From positions 1 through 45,883 of the forward strand of contig NW_021834651.1 in NCBI RefSeq assembly GCF_006345805.1: a stretch of 45,883 nucleotides of DNA. The letters are read 5' to 3'. The stretch's first letter is position 1, and every line of letters begins with the position of its first letter. Shown in pieces: positions 34,977 to 45,883 of the stretch. Position numbers and translations under genes: made by a program. The notes under the pieces were generated by a model. The model worked only from the letters and a program-made list of their open reading frames with translations. It was not told the DNA's origin and ran no database searches. This stretch comes from Octopus sinensis. Taxonomy: Eukaryota.

Positions 34977-35378
34977 ACTACCCACAAGGGGCTAAACACA
35001 GAGTGGACAACAAGGACAGACAAAGGGATTAAGTCGATTACATCGACCCCAGTGCGTAACTGGTACTTAATTTATCGACCCCGAAAGGATGAAAGGCAAA
35101 GTCGACCTCGGCGGAATTTGAACTCAGAACGTAACGGCAGACAAAATACCTATTTCTTTATTACCCACAAGGGGCTAAACATAGAGGGGACAAACAAGGA
35201 CAGACATAGGAATTAAGTCGATTACATCGACCCCAGTGCGTAACTGGTACTTTAATTTATCGACCCCGAAAGGATGAAAGGCAAAGTCGACCTCGGCAGA
35301 ATTTGAACTCAGAACGTAACGGCAGACGAAATACCGCTAAGCATTTCGCCCGGCGTGCAAACGATTCGGCCAGCTTGC
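34977..35378 (-). mobile_element. SINE family C dimer with head
   Basis: Two bodies plus an intact head at ~35335-35378. Confidence 0.8.
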
Positions 35379-36007
35379 CAAGTTACGCCCTTCTTTTAAA
35401 AGTATATAACTTTTAGAAAGATATGACGAGAGGGTGTCATTGGGGCAACAAACTGTAGTTATGCGACTGGTGTAACTTGTTTGACATGTGACTTTTCTTA
35501 ATCCTTAAGATCAAAACCGGAACACTAAAGAAGAACAATTAATTGTTAGGAAACAGATTAGTCATTTTGCTGTTCTAATTAAACACGACATATTAAAAAA
35601 ACTAAAACAAAAGAACTTTTGTTTCTTAATAGCTTCTCATGTCATTGACGGTATACATTTTCACCCTGGCCTTTCACTTGAGCTGGCAGAAACGTTAGCA
35701 CGCCGGGCGAAATGCTTAGCTGTATTTCGTCTGCCGCTACGTTCTGAGTTCAAATTTCGCCGAGGTCGACTTTGCCTTTCATCCTTTCGGGGTCAATAAA
35801 TTAAGTACCTGTTACGCACAGGGGTCGATATAATCGACTTAATCCATTTGTCTGTCCTTGCTTGTCCCCTCCGTGTTTAGCCCCTTGTGGGTAGTAAAGA
35901 AACAGGTATTTCACCTGTCTTCAAATTCTTCCGATGTTGACTTTCATCCTCTTGAGATCGATACCGAATGTTTAAACTTGAAATTTATTACGAACAACAA
36001 ACAAAAA

Positions 36008-36362
36008 GGCGTGGCTGTGTGGTAAGTAGCTTGCTAACCAACCACATGGTTCCGGGTTCAGTCTTCTGCTATAGCCTTGGACCGACCAGAGCCTTGTGAG
36101 TGGATTTGGTAGGCGGAAACTGAAAGAAGCCTGTCGTATATATGTATATATATATATATATGTGTGCATATGTTTGTGTGTCTGTGTCAGTCCCCCTAGC
36201 ATTGCTTGAAAACCGATGCTGGTGTGTTTACATCTCCGTCACTTAGCAGTTCGACAAAAGAGACCGATAGAATAAGTACTGGGCTTACAAAGAATAAGTC
36301 CCGGGGTCGATTTGCTCGACTAAAGGCGGTGCTCCAGCATGGCCGCAGTCAAATGACTGAAG
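36008..36362 (+). mobile_element. SINE family A
   Basis: Copy with an internal deletion in the head. Confidence 0.75.
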
Positions 36363-37198
36363 CATGTGAAGGCATATGGCACAGTGGTTAAAGTGTTGGG
36401 CTCACAATCATGAGGTAATTTCTGGACCAGGATATGTGTTGTGTTCTTGAGCAAGACCCTTTATTTCATGTTACTCCAATTCACTCAGCTGTAGAAATGT
36501 GTTAGGACGTTACTGGTGCCAAGTTGTATTGGCCTTTGTCATTCCCTTGGATAACATCTGTGGTGTGTCTGGTATCCATGGGCAACTGCTGGTTTTCCAT
36601 AAACAACCTTGCCAAGAATTATGTCTTGCAGGGACAACTTAATCCCTTTGTCTGTCCTTGTTTATCCCCTCTGTGTTTAGCCCTTTGTGGGTAGTAAAGA
36701 AATAGGTATTTATTTTATAGAACCCCAAAATAGTGAAAAGCTAAGTCGACCGTACCAGAATTAGGGCATACCTACACAAATGACCCCCCACTAGAGACAA
36801 TCTAGAGACAATCCCATGGTCATTCACATACCCTATATACAGATAGTATGCATAGGCGCCTGCTGGTTTTCCATAAACAACCTTGCCTAGATTTATGCTT
36901 CGAAGGGGAACCTTCTAGAGGCAATCCCATGGTCATTCACAAACAAAGGGAGTCTTTACCCTAATATTCTTTTCAGGATAGGACACTGGTCTGTCTCAGG
37001 ATTACTCATTTGTATCAGCTAAGTAGACTTGCGTACTTTTCGGTCATTCATGACTGAAAGCAGTCTTTAGTACCAAATGGTATCTCTACCATTTTGTACT
37101 ATTTTTACCATTTGTAGCTAAATTTTTTGGGCTGGATAAAATGAAATTAAACATCCCTGTCGTGCATTGCCTAATTATTTATTTCCTCACTTCTTTAG

Positions 37199-37360
37199 CT
37201 TATACCTACTGACTCAAAGGGATGTCACCTTCAGCTGTTTTTGAACAAGACAATCACAACTTTTACCACTGTTCGAACTGGAATTTTTTTTAGCGGCACT
37301 CAGAACCCATACCTAATTAGTTTGAGTCATCCTGATGAAAACTCCTCATATCCCATCTGT
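37199..37360 (+). CDS. Candidate orphan internal exon of an unidentified gene
   Basis: Strong acceptor tttatttcctcacttctttAG and donor TGT|GTGAGT. 162 nt, open only in phase 0 (LIPTDSKGCHLQLFLNKTITTF...DENSSYPIC). Non-repetitive sequence; no family recognised. Confidence 0.4.
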
Positions 37361-37390
37361 GTGAGTGTATATACATATACATATATATAT

Positions 37391-37599
37391 ACTCTTTACT
37401 CTTTTACTTGTTTCAGTCATTTGACTGCGGCCATGCTGGAGCACCGCCTTTAGTCGATCAAATCGACCCCGGAACTTATTCTTTGTAAGCCCAGTACTTA
37501 TTCTATCGGTCTCTTTTGCCGAACCGCTAAGTGGCGGGGACGTAGACACACCAGCATCGGTTGTCAAGCAATGCTAGGGGGACAAACACAGACACACAA

Positions 37600-37630
<31 letters not shown>

Positions 37631-37797
37631 CATATATACGACAGGCTTCTTTCAGTTTCCGTCTACCAAATCCACTCACAAGGCATTGGTCGGCCCGGGG
37701 CTATAGCAGAAGACACTTGCCCAAGATGCCACGCAGTGGGACTGAACCCGCAACCATGTGGTTGGTTAGCAAGCTACTTACCACACAGCCACTCCAG
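37391..37797 (-). mobile_element. SINE family A
   Basis: Full-length copy. Confidence 0.85.
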
Positions 37798-37910
37798 CAT
37801 ATATATATATATTATTATTATTTGAGGGAATAAAATCCAAACTTACAAGGAAAAAGAATTCAATTTAGAAATACTAAATCAAATTCCACACAATATAATA
37901 TATATATAAA

Positions 37911-38150
37911 ATATTAGAAAAAACCACCTTTTATCAATTCAAAATAAATATTTAAATTACACCATCTAGAAAATTACATATAATAGAAAACTTTAAATTG
38001 AAATAACAATTAAAAAGTAAAGATTAAGTAAATTACAAGAATAATGTAATGTATATAATAATTTTCTAGATGGTGTAATTTATTTATTCATTTTGAATTG
38101 ATAAAAGGTGGTTTTTTCTAATATTTTCTAATATTTGATATATATATATA
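37911..38150. repeat. AT-rich inverted repeat (MITE-like)
   Basis: AAAACCACCTTTTATCAATTCAAAAT...ACACCATCTAGAAAATTA is mirrored at ~38058-38125. Confidence 0.7.
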
Positions 38151-39074
38151 TATATATATATCATATTTTAACATTTTTTTGTCAAAAATTAGGTTTAAAA
38201 AATATAGTAGTTGTACATAGACAGTATTATAATCCCGTACAAAACCTTTTCTTCCAAATTTTAAGCCCCCAAAATTAGGGGATTCCTTACACATGTTAAA
38301 ATACGGTATATATATATATTCAAAATGTAACCACATGTGAATCGTTGGCGATTTTCTTCCTCCGTCTTCCTTTCTATTGGACTTTCCTCTGTTTCTGAAG
38401 AAGAGCACGGCTCAAAATGTTAAACCATCTTTTTTTCCTTCCCTGAGCGTCTGCTTTACATGTGCCACATCCTCGCGTTGTTGTGTTTTTTTTTTGTGTT
38501 TGTTCATCTTTTTTTAGATTTACTATCATCATCATCATCATCATTTAGCGTCCGTTCTCCATGCTAGCATGGGTTGGATGGTTCAACTGGGGTCTGGGAA
38601 GCTGGAAGGCTGCACCAGGCTCCAGTCTTATCTGGCAGTGTTTCTACGGCTGGATGCCCTTCCTAACGCCAACCACTCTGAGTGTAGTGGGTGCTTTTTA
38701 CGTGCCACTGGCACAGGTGCCAGACAGAGCTGGCAAACGGCCACGAACGGATGGTGCTTTTACGTGTCACCGGCATGGGGGCCAGGCGAGGCTGGCAAAC
38801 GGCCACGAACGGATGGTGCTTTTACGTGTCACCGGCATGGGGGCCAGGCGATGCTGGCAACGGACACGAACGGATGGTGCTTTTACGTGTCACCGGCATG
38901 GGGGCCAGGCAAGGCTGGCAATGGCCACGAACGGATGGTGCTTTTACATGGGTGAATGAATTATCCTATGTTTACCGTCATTTGTTAATTTCTCAATTAA
39001 TTGAAATAAAGGCAGTGAGTTTCAACCGAATTATAACAAAAACGTTTGTCAAACAACCTGGTATAATAATAATA

Positions 39075-39425
39075 ATAATGAAATTATTGTATACAGTGCT
39101 CAGGTGCACCACAACATGTCAGAAAGTGCGTATAAAGCATATGCAGTAATGTACAAATGTCTGGGAAGTGAACAATGTATGAGTCAGATACATGCTTGTG
39201 TGCGTATGGAGGGGAGAAAATCAAGTGTAGTGTTGGCGAATCTCAGGAAGCATTGAAGTTTTGAAGGATGCAGTGCTCCGACGACTAACAACTGATGCTG
39301 GCAGTTTGTTCCATGCTTCAGCAACTCTCAGCGTGAAAAAATGTTTGCTAAAGTCATGGGAGCTGTGCTGTTTTCTAACTTTGTAAATATGTCTACAGGT
39401 GTTAGACGGGTGGAGTTTGAAAAGG
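39075..39425 (-). mobile_element. CR1-like LINE 3' fragment
   Basis: Minus strand encodes HIYKVRKQHSSHDFSKHFFTLRVAEAWNKLPASVV...FKTSM. Confidence 0.7.
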
Positions 39426-40712
39426 TATGAATTGCAAATTGAGAATCAAAAAGCCAGAGTTTGAAAAGTCCATTTGTTTTTTATTATAACAATAATGATA
39501 ATAATATAAATAATATAAATACTACTACTAATAATAATAATAATACAAAATGTTAGGAAAATAATTACAAAAAAAAAAAAAATCATCAGAAGAGTATTGA
39601 GAACATTTTGAAAAATCTGAGAAAATTCCAGAAAACCAGGGAAACCTTTTGGACATAAATTGTAACAAGTAAAAAAACAAACAAAAAAGAAACAAAGAAA
39701 AACAAACAAAGCACACATGTCTGTGTGATAAAAAGTTTGATTCCCAACCATGTGGTTCCGGGTTCAGTCCCACTGTGCGGCACCTTGAGTAAAGTATGTT
39801 CTACTATAGTTTCAGGCTGACCAAAGCCTTGTGAGTGGATTTGCTAGATGGAAACTGGAAGAAGCCTGCTGTATATATATATATCTATATATGTGTGTGT
39901 GCCCCCTCCCAGCACTTCAATGTGTGTGTTGACATGGTTTCTGTGGCTGGATGCCCTTCTTAAACCCAAATATTTACAGGGTACACTGGGGGCTTTTTTC
40001 ATGGCACCAGCCCTAGAGAGGTTGCCAAGTAATTCACAAGACACCCTCAACTGTGTCAGCGGAGTGGCTATGCACCTGGTGAGAAGCTAATGTATAATCA
40101 CGGCACTGAATATTTCACCCCAATAATAATAATAATCCTTTCTACTAAAGGAACAAGGCCTGAAATTTGGTGGTGGGAGACTAGTCAATTACATCGACCC
40201 CAGTGCGTAACTGGTACTTAATTTATCGACCCCCGAAAGGATAAAGGCAAAGTGGACCTAGGTGGAATTTGAACTCAGTATTTTGTCCAGCATGCCTTCA
40301 TAATAATAATAATCATCATCATCATTGTTGTTGTTGTTTAACGTCTGCTTTCCATGCTGGCATGGGTTGGACGGTTTGACTGAGGACTGGCAAGCCAGAA
40401 GGCTGCACCAGGCTCCAATCTGACAAGGTAAAGTTTCTACAGCTGGATGCTCTTCCTAATGCCAACCACTCCGAGATTGTAGTGGGTGCTTTTTACATAC
40501 CACTGTCATGAGGGCCAGTTGGGCGGTACTGGCATCGACCACACTTGAACGGTACTTTTTATGTGCCACCGACATGGGAGCCAGTCAGGCGGCACTGGCA
40601 TCGACCACGCTCGAACGGTGCTTTTTACATGCCACAGGCACCAGAGTCAGTCAGGTGGCACTGGCAGCAATCACGCTTGGAAATGATAATAATGATTTTA
40701 AATTTTTGCCAC

Positions 40713-41088
40713 AAGGGCAGCTTAGGGGTGGGGGTTAAGTCAATTACATCGACCCCAGTGCATAACTGGTATTTACATCAAAGTTCAATGGAAACTGCTG
40801 TTGTGAAACCTGTGCCAGTGGCACGTAAAAAGCACCATCTGAACGTGGCCGATGCCAGCACCACCTTGACTGGCTTCCGTGCCGGTGGCACGTAAAAAGC
40901 ACCAATCCAATTGTGGCCATTGCCAGCCACACCTGGCACCTGTGCCGGTGGCACGTAAAAAGCACCCACTACACTCTCGTTCAGATGGTGTTTTTATGTG
41001 CCAATGGCACAGGTTTCACAGCAGCAGTTTCCATTAATCTTTGATGTTATGCACTGGGGTGACTTAAACCCTCCCCCAAGCTGCCCTT
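40713..41088. repeat. Inverted duplication with ~130-bp spacer
   Basis: 40713-40845 is the reverse complement of 40978-41088, apart from two small deletions. Confidence 0.8.
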
Positions 41089-41978
41089 ATAATTCTATGG
41101 CTTGGGAAGGACCTTTGTACCTTCTTGTTTTTACAATAACATTACATATTGTAACATTACAATAACATTAGTGGTTGGCGTTAGGAAGGGCATCCGGCTG
41201 TAGAAACACTGCCAGATCAGACTGGAGCCTGGTGCAGCCTTCTGGCTTCCCAGATCCCCGGTCGAACTGTCCAACCCATGCTAGCATGGAGAACAGACGT
41301 TAAGCAATGATGATGATGATGATGATGACCCTGAAAGGATAAAAGGCAAAGTGTTTGTTGGCGGAATTTGAACTCAGAATGTAGTGATGGGCAATATACT
41401 TTGAAACATTTCGTCCAGCGTGCTAATGATTCTATCAGATCTCCCCCTTATTAATTAATAATAATATTCTGATTTCAGCACAAGGCCAGCAGATTTAAGG
41501 GGAGGGGGTAAGTCGGTACAACTGGTCCTAGTGCTTTGTTTTAGCGAACCCAGAACGGATGAAAGACCCTGGTAAGAAGTGAACCTAGAATGTAAATTAA
41601 TGGAAGAAATATCCCAAGACATTTTGTTTGATGCTCCACCGATTCTGCCATGTTGCAGACTTCAACAATGGATTCTAATTCAGACACAAGGCAAGGAGTA
41701 AATTCGAGGCGGGGGGAGGGGCGATTGGTCAATGCAGTTCACTCTAGTACACGGACATCTCAAAAGTAGACACCCCGCATTACACCACTCCATCTGTACG
41801 GACCCTACTGGTCAGTATGATGCCCAAATGCAATTAAATCATTAAAACCTGCCCAAGGTATCCTCTTCTTCTCTTTTTCACGTTTCAGTCATTTGACTGC
41901 GGCCATGCTGGAGCACCACCTTGAAGGGTTTTCTGTCAAACAAATCGACCCCAAAACTTAGTTATTTTTTAAAGCCTC

Positions 41979-42204
41979 GTACTTATTCTATCAGTCTTTT
42001 TTGCTGAGCCACTAAGTTACAGGGACGTAAACACAACACCATTTGTCAAGCAATGATGGGGGCGGGGTATAGTTACATATATATATATATATATAATATA
42101 TATATGTAACTATACCCCCGCCCCCATCATTGCTTGACAAATGGTGTTGTGTTTACGTCCCTGTAACTTAGTGGCTCAGCAAAAGAAACTGATAGAATAA
42201 GTAC
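41979..42204. repeat. Near-perfect palindrome centred on (TA)n inside a SINE A copy
   Basis: Arms of ~110 bp with about 2 mismatches and 1 indel. Confidence 0.9.
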
Positions 42205-42716
42205 ACACACATATACATACATATATAGACATACACACACATACATACAATGGGCTTCTTTCAGCTTCTATCAACCAAATTCACTCATAAGGTTTTGGTT
42301 GGCCTGAGGCTATAGAAGAAGACACTCGGCCAAAGTGCCATGCAGTGGGACTGAACCCGGAACCATGTGGTTGGTAAGCAAGCTTCTTACCATGGAGCCA
42401 CACCTGCACCTAAGATTAACCCTTTAGCATTCAGATTACCATGTCATATGCAACGCTTACAGTAAATCCTTGAGACCTATGTTAAAAGTAGATGTGTCTG
42501 TGGAGTACTCAACCGCTTGCATGTTAATTTCACGAGCAGGCTGTTTCATTAATCAGATCAATTGGAACCCTCATCGTCGTAACTGACCAAGTACCAGTAA
42601 TAACACAACTTATTTTTTTGGGGGGGGGGGAATTTTCAGAAAATTTTTTTGGGGAATTTCTGTTCTACACATGGGAATTCAAACAAATATGGAAAAAAAA
42701 AATTTTTGTTTAATCT

Positions 42717-43076
42717 CTCTCTATATAAACGGCAGTTTGTCTGTGTGTCTGTCAGGTTGTACCCTCACCCTGACCACGGCTTTCAACCGATTCTGATGAA
42801 ACTTGACACACACATAGCCCAATGTCATAATTCAAAACTAACGCAGCGAAAATTTTGAAAAGTTCCCCCAGTTCTGAAAAAATTCCATAAATTCGACATG
42901 GGGTCGAGAATCAGAAACACAAACCACAGACTGTCTAGGGGACGCAACTCGACCTTTTTAACTAAAAAAAAAAAATTTACCATCATTTTTTCCCCATTTT
43001 TTGGCTATAACTCTCTAAAAATGCTTTATAGTTATTTCCCTTACAAACCCGAGCAACGCCGGGCGATACTGCTAGT
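42717..43076 (+). mobile_element. Non-autonomous Helitron
   Basis: TCTCTATATAAACGG start; CCCGAGCAACGCCGGGCGATACTGCTAG end. Confidence 0.7.
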
Positions 43077-43334
43077 TTTGCAAATAAAAAAAAACTTTTT
43101 TTATGGTTTTTTTTTTTGGGGAATTTTTTTTTTTTAAAGTCACAGTTTAAAATATGGACAGTTCAAATTTTTGGTTTAAATCCCAGTAACGGACCATTAG
43201 ATGTGTTTATGGGGAGGAAGATATTGAACAAGGAGGGTATCAAGTGGTTGTGAGATATGCTAAAGATAACAGCTAAATACCCCTTAAGTAACACACCACA
43301 AAATTCTTTTGTCGCGGTTTTTGCATAATTATAG

Positions 43335-43733
43335 GCGCAGGAGTGGCTGTGTGGTAAGTAGCTTGCTTACCAACCACTTGGTTCCGGGTTCAGTCCCACT
43401 GCGTGGCATCTTGGGCAAGTGTCTTCTGCTATAGCCCCGGGCTGACCAATGCCTTGTGAGTGGATTTAGTAGACGGAAACTGAAAGAAGCCTGTTGTATA
43501 TATGTATATATATATATGTGTGTGTGTGCATGTATGTTTGTGTGTCTGTGTTTGTCCCCCTAGCATTGCTTGACAACCGATGCTGGTGTGTTTATGTCCC
43601 CGTCACTTAGCGGTTCGGCAAAAGAGACCGATAGAATAAGTATTGGGCTTACAAAGAATAAGTCCCGGGGTCGATTTGCTCGACTAAAGGCGGTGCTCCA
43701 GCATGGCCACAGTCAAATGACTGAAACAAGTAA
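43335..43733 (+). mobile_element. SINE family A
   Basis: Full-length copy. Confidence 0.85.
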
Positions 43734-44329
43734 AAAAAAAAAAAAAAAAAAAATCATATGAATTCTTGTGGGTAGAATATAAATTCGCAAAACTTTTCTG
43801 AAAATTCCCAAAAATAAAAGAGTTATGAGGGGTTATGAGGGAGGTGGGGCTTAAAACAGAATTCCACCAAAGCATTTCATTTGACAAGGTAATCGGGAAG
43901 CTTATGGGTTAATGAAAATTTCAGGTGGAATCAGTGGGGGTAGGGTGTGCAAGAGACCAGGCTCTACCTTCGAAGTTACAGGTACAATCCACCTGACAGC
44001 TTTCTATATAATTTCTGTCTCTCCAATTTGTCTAACAAGGGATGGATTGACCCAAGACAACGGACAACGATTTTTGACCCAAGATTTTCCGCACAGCAGA
44101 ATTGAAACCGAGACTTCTGGCTTGAGAAGCAAAGATTTTTATACATTTGGCCATAACACACACCCACAAATATATACATACATATACAAATATTTAAATT
44201 CATGTAAATACATCACAGTTCTATCTTTTAGAGCATGCTTCCTTTTTGGATTTACAATCCACTGATGATATATATATGCTTCAACACACGAACTCATATA
44301 AAGAATCTTGCAAACCAAATCCAAAAATT

Positions 44330-44403
44330 ATATATATATATATATATATGCATATATACATATATATATATGCATATATACATACATATATGTACATGTA
44401 TAT

Positions 44404-44438
<35 letters not shown>

Positions 44439-44768
44439 GCATATATACATACATATATGTACATGCATATATATATATATATATGCATATACATACATAT
44501 ATGTACATGTATATATATATGCATATATACATACATATATGTACATGTATATATATATGCATATATACATATATGTACATGTATATATATATATATATAT
44601 ATGCTTATATACATACATATATGTACATGTATCTATATGATTTTTGATTTTGATTTTTCCAGTTTCAGCTAATGAGCTGTGGCCATGCTGGGGCACCGCC
44701 ATATATATATATATATATGCTTATATACATACATATATGTACATGTATATATATATATAATATATATA

Positions 44769-44800
<32 letters not shown>

Positions 44801-44810
44801 GTGTATATAT
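44330..44810. repeat. (AT)n/ATAC/ATGT compound microsatellite
   Basis: Seen directly; interrupted by a small SINE A fragment at ~44660-44700. Confidence 0.9.
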
Positions 44811-45372
44811 GGGTACAAGATGTCACAAAACGTAAACAACATGAAATACAAAAACGACATGGATTACGAAAACCTGAAATACAAAAGCAATCCTGGGTAT
44901 GCGAACGAAGTAAGAAACAAATGGGAAACAAGACAAGTAACATAAAGAACGACCCTTCATCAGTTGCGGGCTGCTTATCTGCCCCCATTTCGATCAATTC
45001 ACAATGCTCGAAATGGGGGTAGAATTCTGTGGTTTAGGTACCCTGTACAACTTTTTCTATTTTGGGAAATTTTCAGAAAATCTTTGTAAATTTGAGAGCT
45101 GCTCAAAGGAATTCCTGATTATGAAAAGAAAACTTTTTCTTTTAATTTTCTAATTCCCACCCCCGCTGCCCACAGATCCCCAAATTTCCACTCTTTTCCA
45201 AAAAATATAGACAGTCCAAATTTTTTGCTCAAATCCCAGCAATGGACCAGTAAATGTGTTTAAAGGGAGAAAAGTATTGAAAAACATCAACACATGTCAG
45301 AGTAACAAAGAAATAAGGAAGGTATCAGGTGGTCATGAGACGTGCTAAAAACAACAGCTAAATCGCCCTTAA

Positions 45373-45833
45373 CCCTTTCATTACCAACCCGGCTCTGGCT
45401 CTGAGTACAAGTGTCTTGTTTCCATAAGTTTTGAATTAAAATCTTCCACCAAACCTTAGTCACAATATATGCTCCTTACACTAGCTCAATGGTAACTAAG
45501 TTATTTTACTAAATTCTTTGTTATATTTAAAGTAATTGACAGAAACACAGAGCATCTCAGCAGAAATATGGTAACAAAAGGGTTAAAATATATAATAGAG
45601 AAACAATTCTTAACCCTTTTGATACCAACCCGGCGGAAACCGTCTCTGGCTCTGAGTACAAATGTCTTGTTTTCATAAGTTTTGAATTAAAATCTTCCAC
45701 CAAATCTTAGTCACAATATATGCTCCTAACACTAGCTCAATGATAACTAAGTTATTTTACTAAATTCTTTGTTATATTTAAAGTAATTGAAAGAAACACA
45801 GAGCATCTCAATATAAATACAATAACGAAAGGG
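45373..45833. mobile_element. Two adjacent piggyBac-like MITEs (45373-45582, 45614-45833)
   Basis: Each is bounded by TTAA|CCCTTT...AAAGGG|TTAA, with highly similar interiors. Confidence 0.8.
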
Positions 45834-45883
45834 TTAAATGACACTATTTATTTATATTTAATTTTTTTTGCATAATTGTATGA

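Noticed and set aside
44235-45022. Many I/Y/M/C-rich ORFs
   Set aside because: Translations of AT/AC/GT microsatellite.

Overview
A repeat-rich eukaryotic window. It is almost certainly from an octopus/coleoid cephalopod, judged from SINE/MITE families I recognise from memory. Three protein-coding genes are supported. (1) The last six coding exons of TXNL1 on + (300-12112), with canonical splice sites and consistent phases. (2) A 4.35-kb single-exon polycystin-1/PKDREJ-like gene on - (17216-21568). It has a signal peptide, REJ-like region, degenerate GPS, TM1, PLAT and TM2-5, then stops before the TOP and 6-TM channel module. (3) A ZDHHC24-like DHHC palmitoyltransferase exon on - (28358-29187) whose start codon must lie elsewhere. 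There is also an orphan candidate exon (37199-37360) and a CpG-rich, promoter-like patch near 34.2-34.6 kb. The rest is tRNA-derived SINEs (some as head-plus-tandem-body concatemers), CR1/RTE LINE 3' fragments, non-autonomous Helitrons, TTAA piggyBac-like MITEs, palindromic MITEs with 8-bp TSDs and TTAGGG tracts, and microsatellites. The most notable observations are the 5-TM 'half polycystin', a 156-bp piece of that gene captured inside a MITE with only synonymous differences, and CpG-decayed minimal hammerhead ribozyme motifs in several repeat families, including a tRNA-headed SINE. Repeat coordinates are approximate. All alignments were done by eye; no databases were searched.
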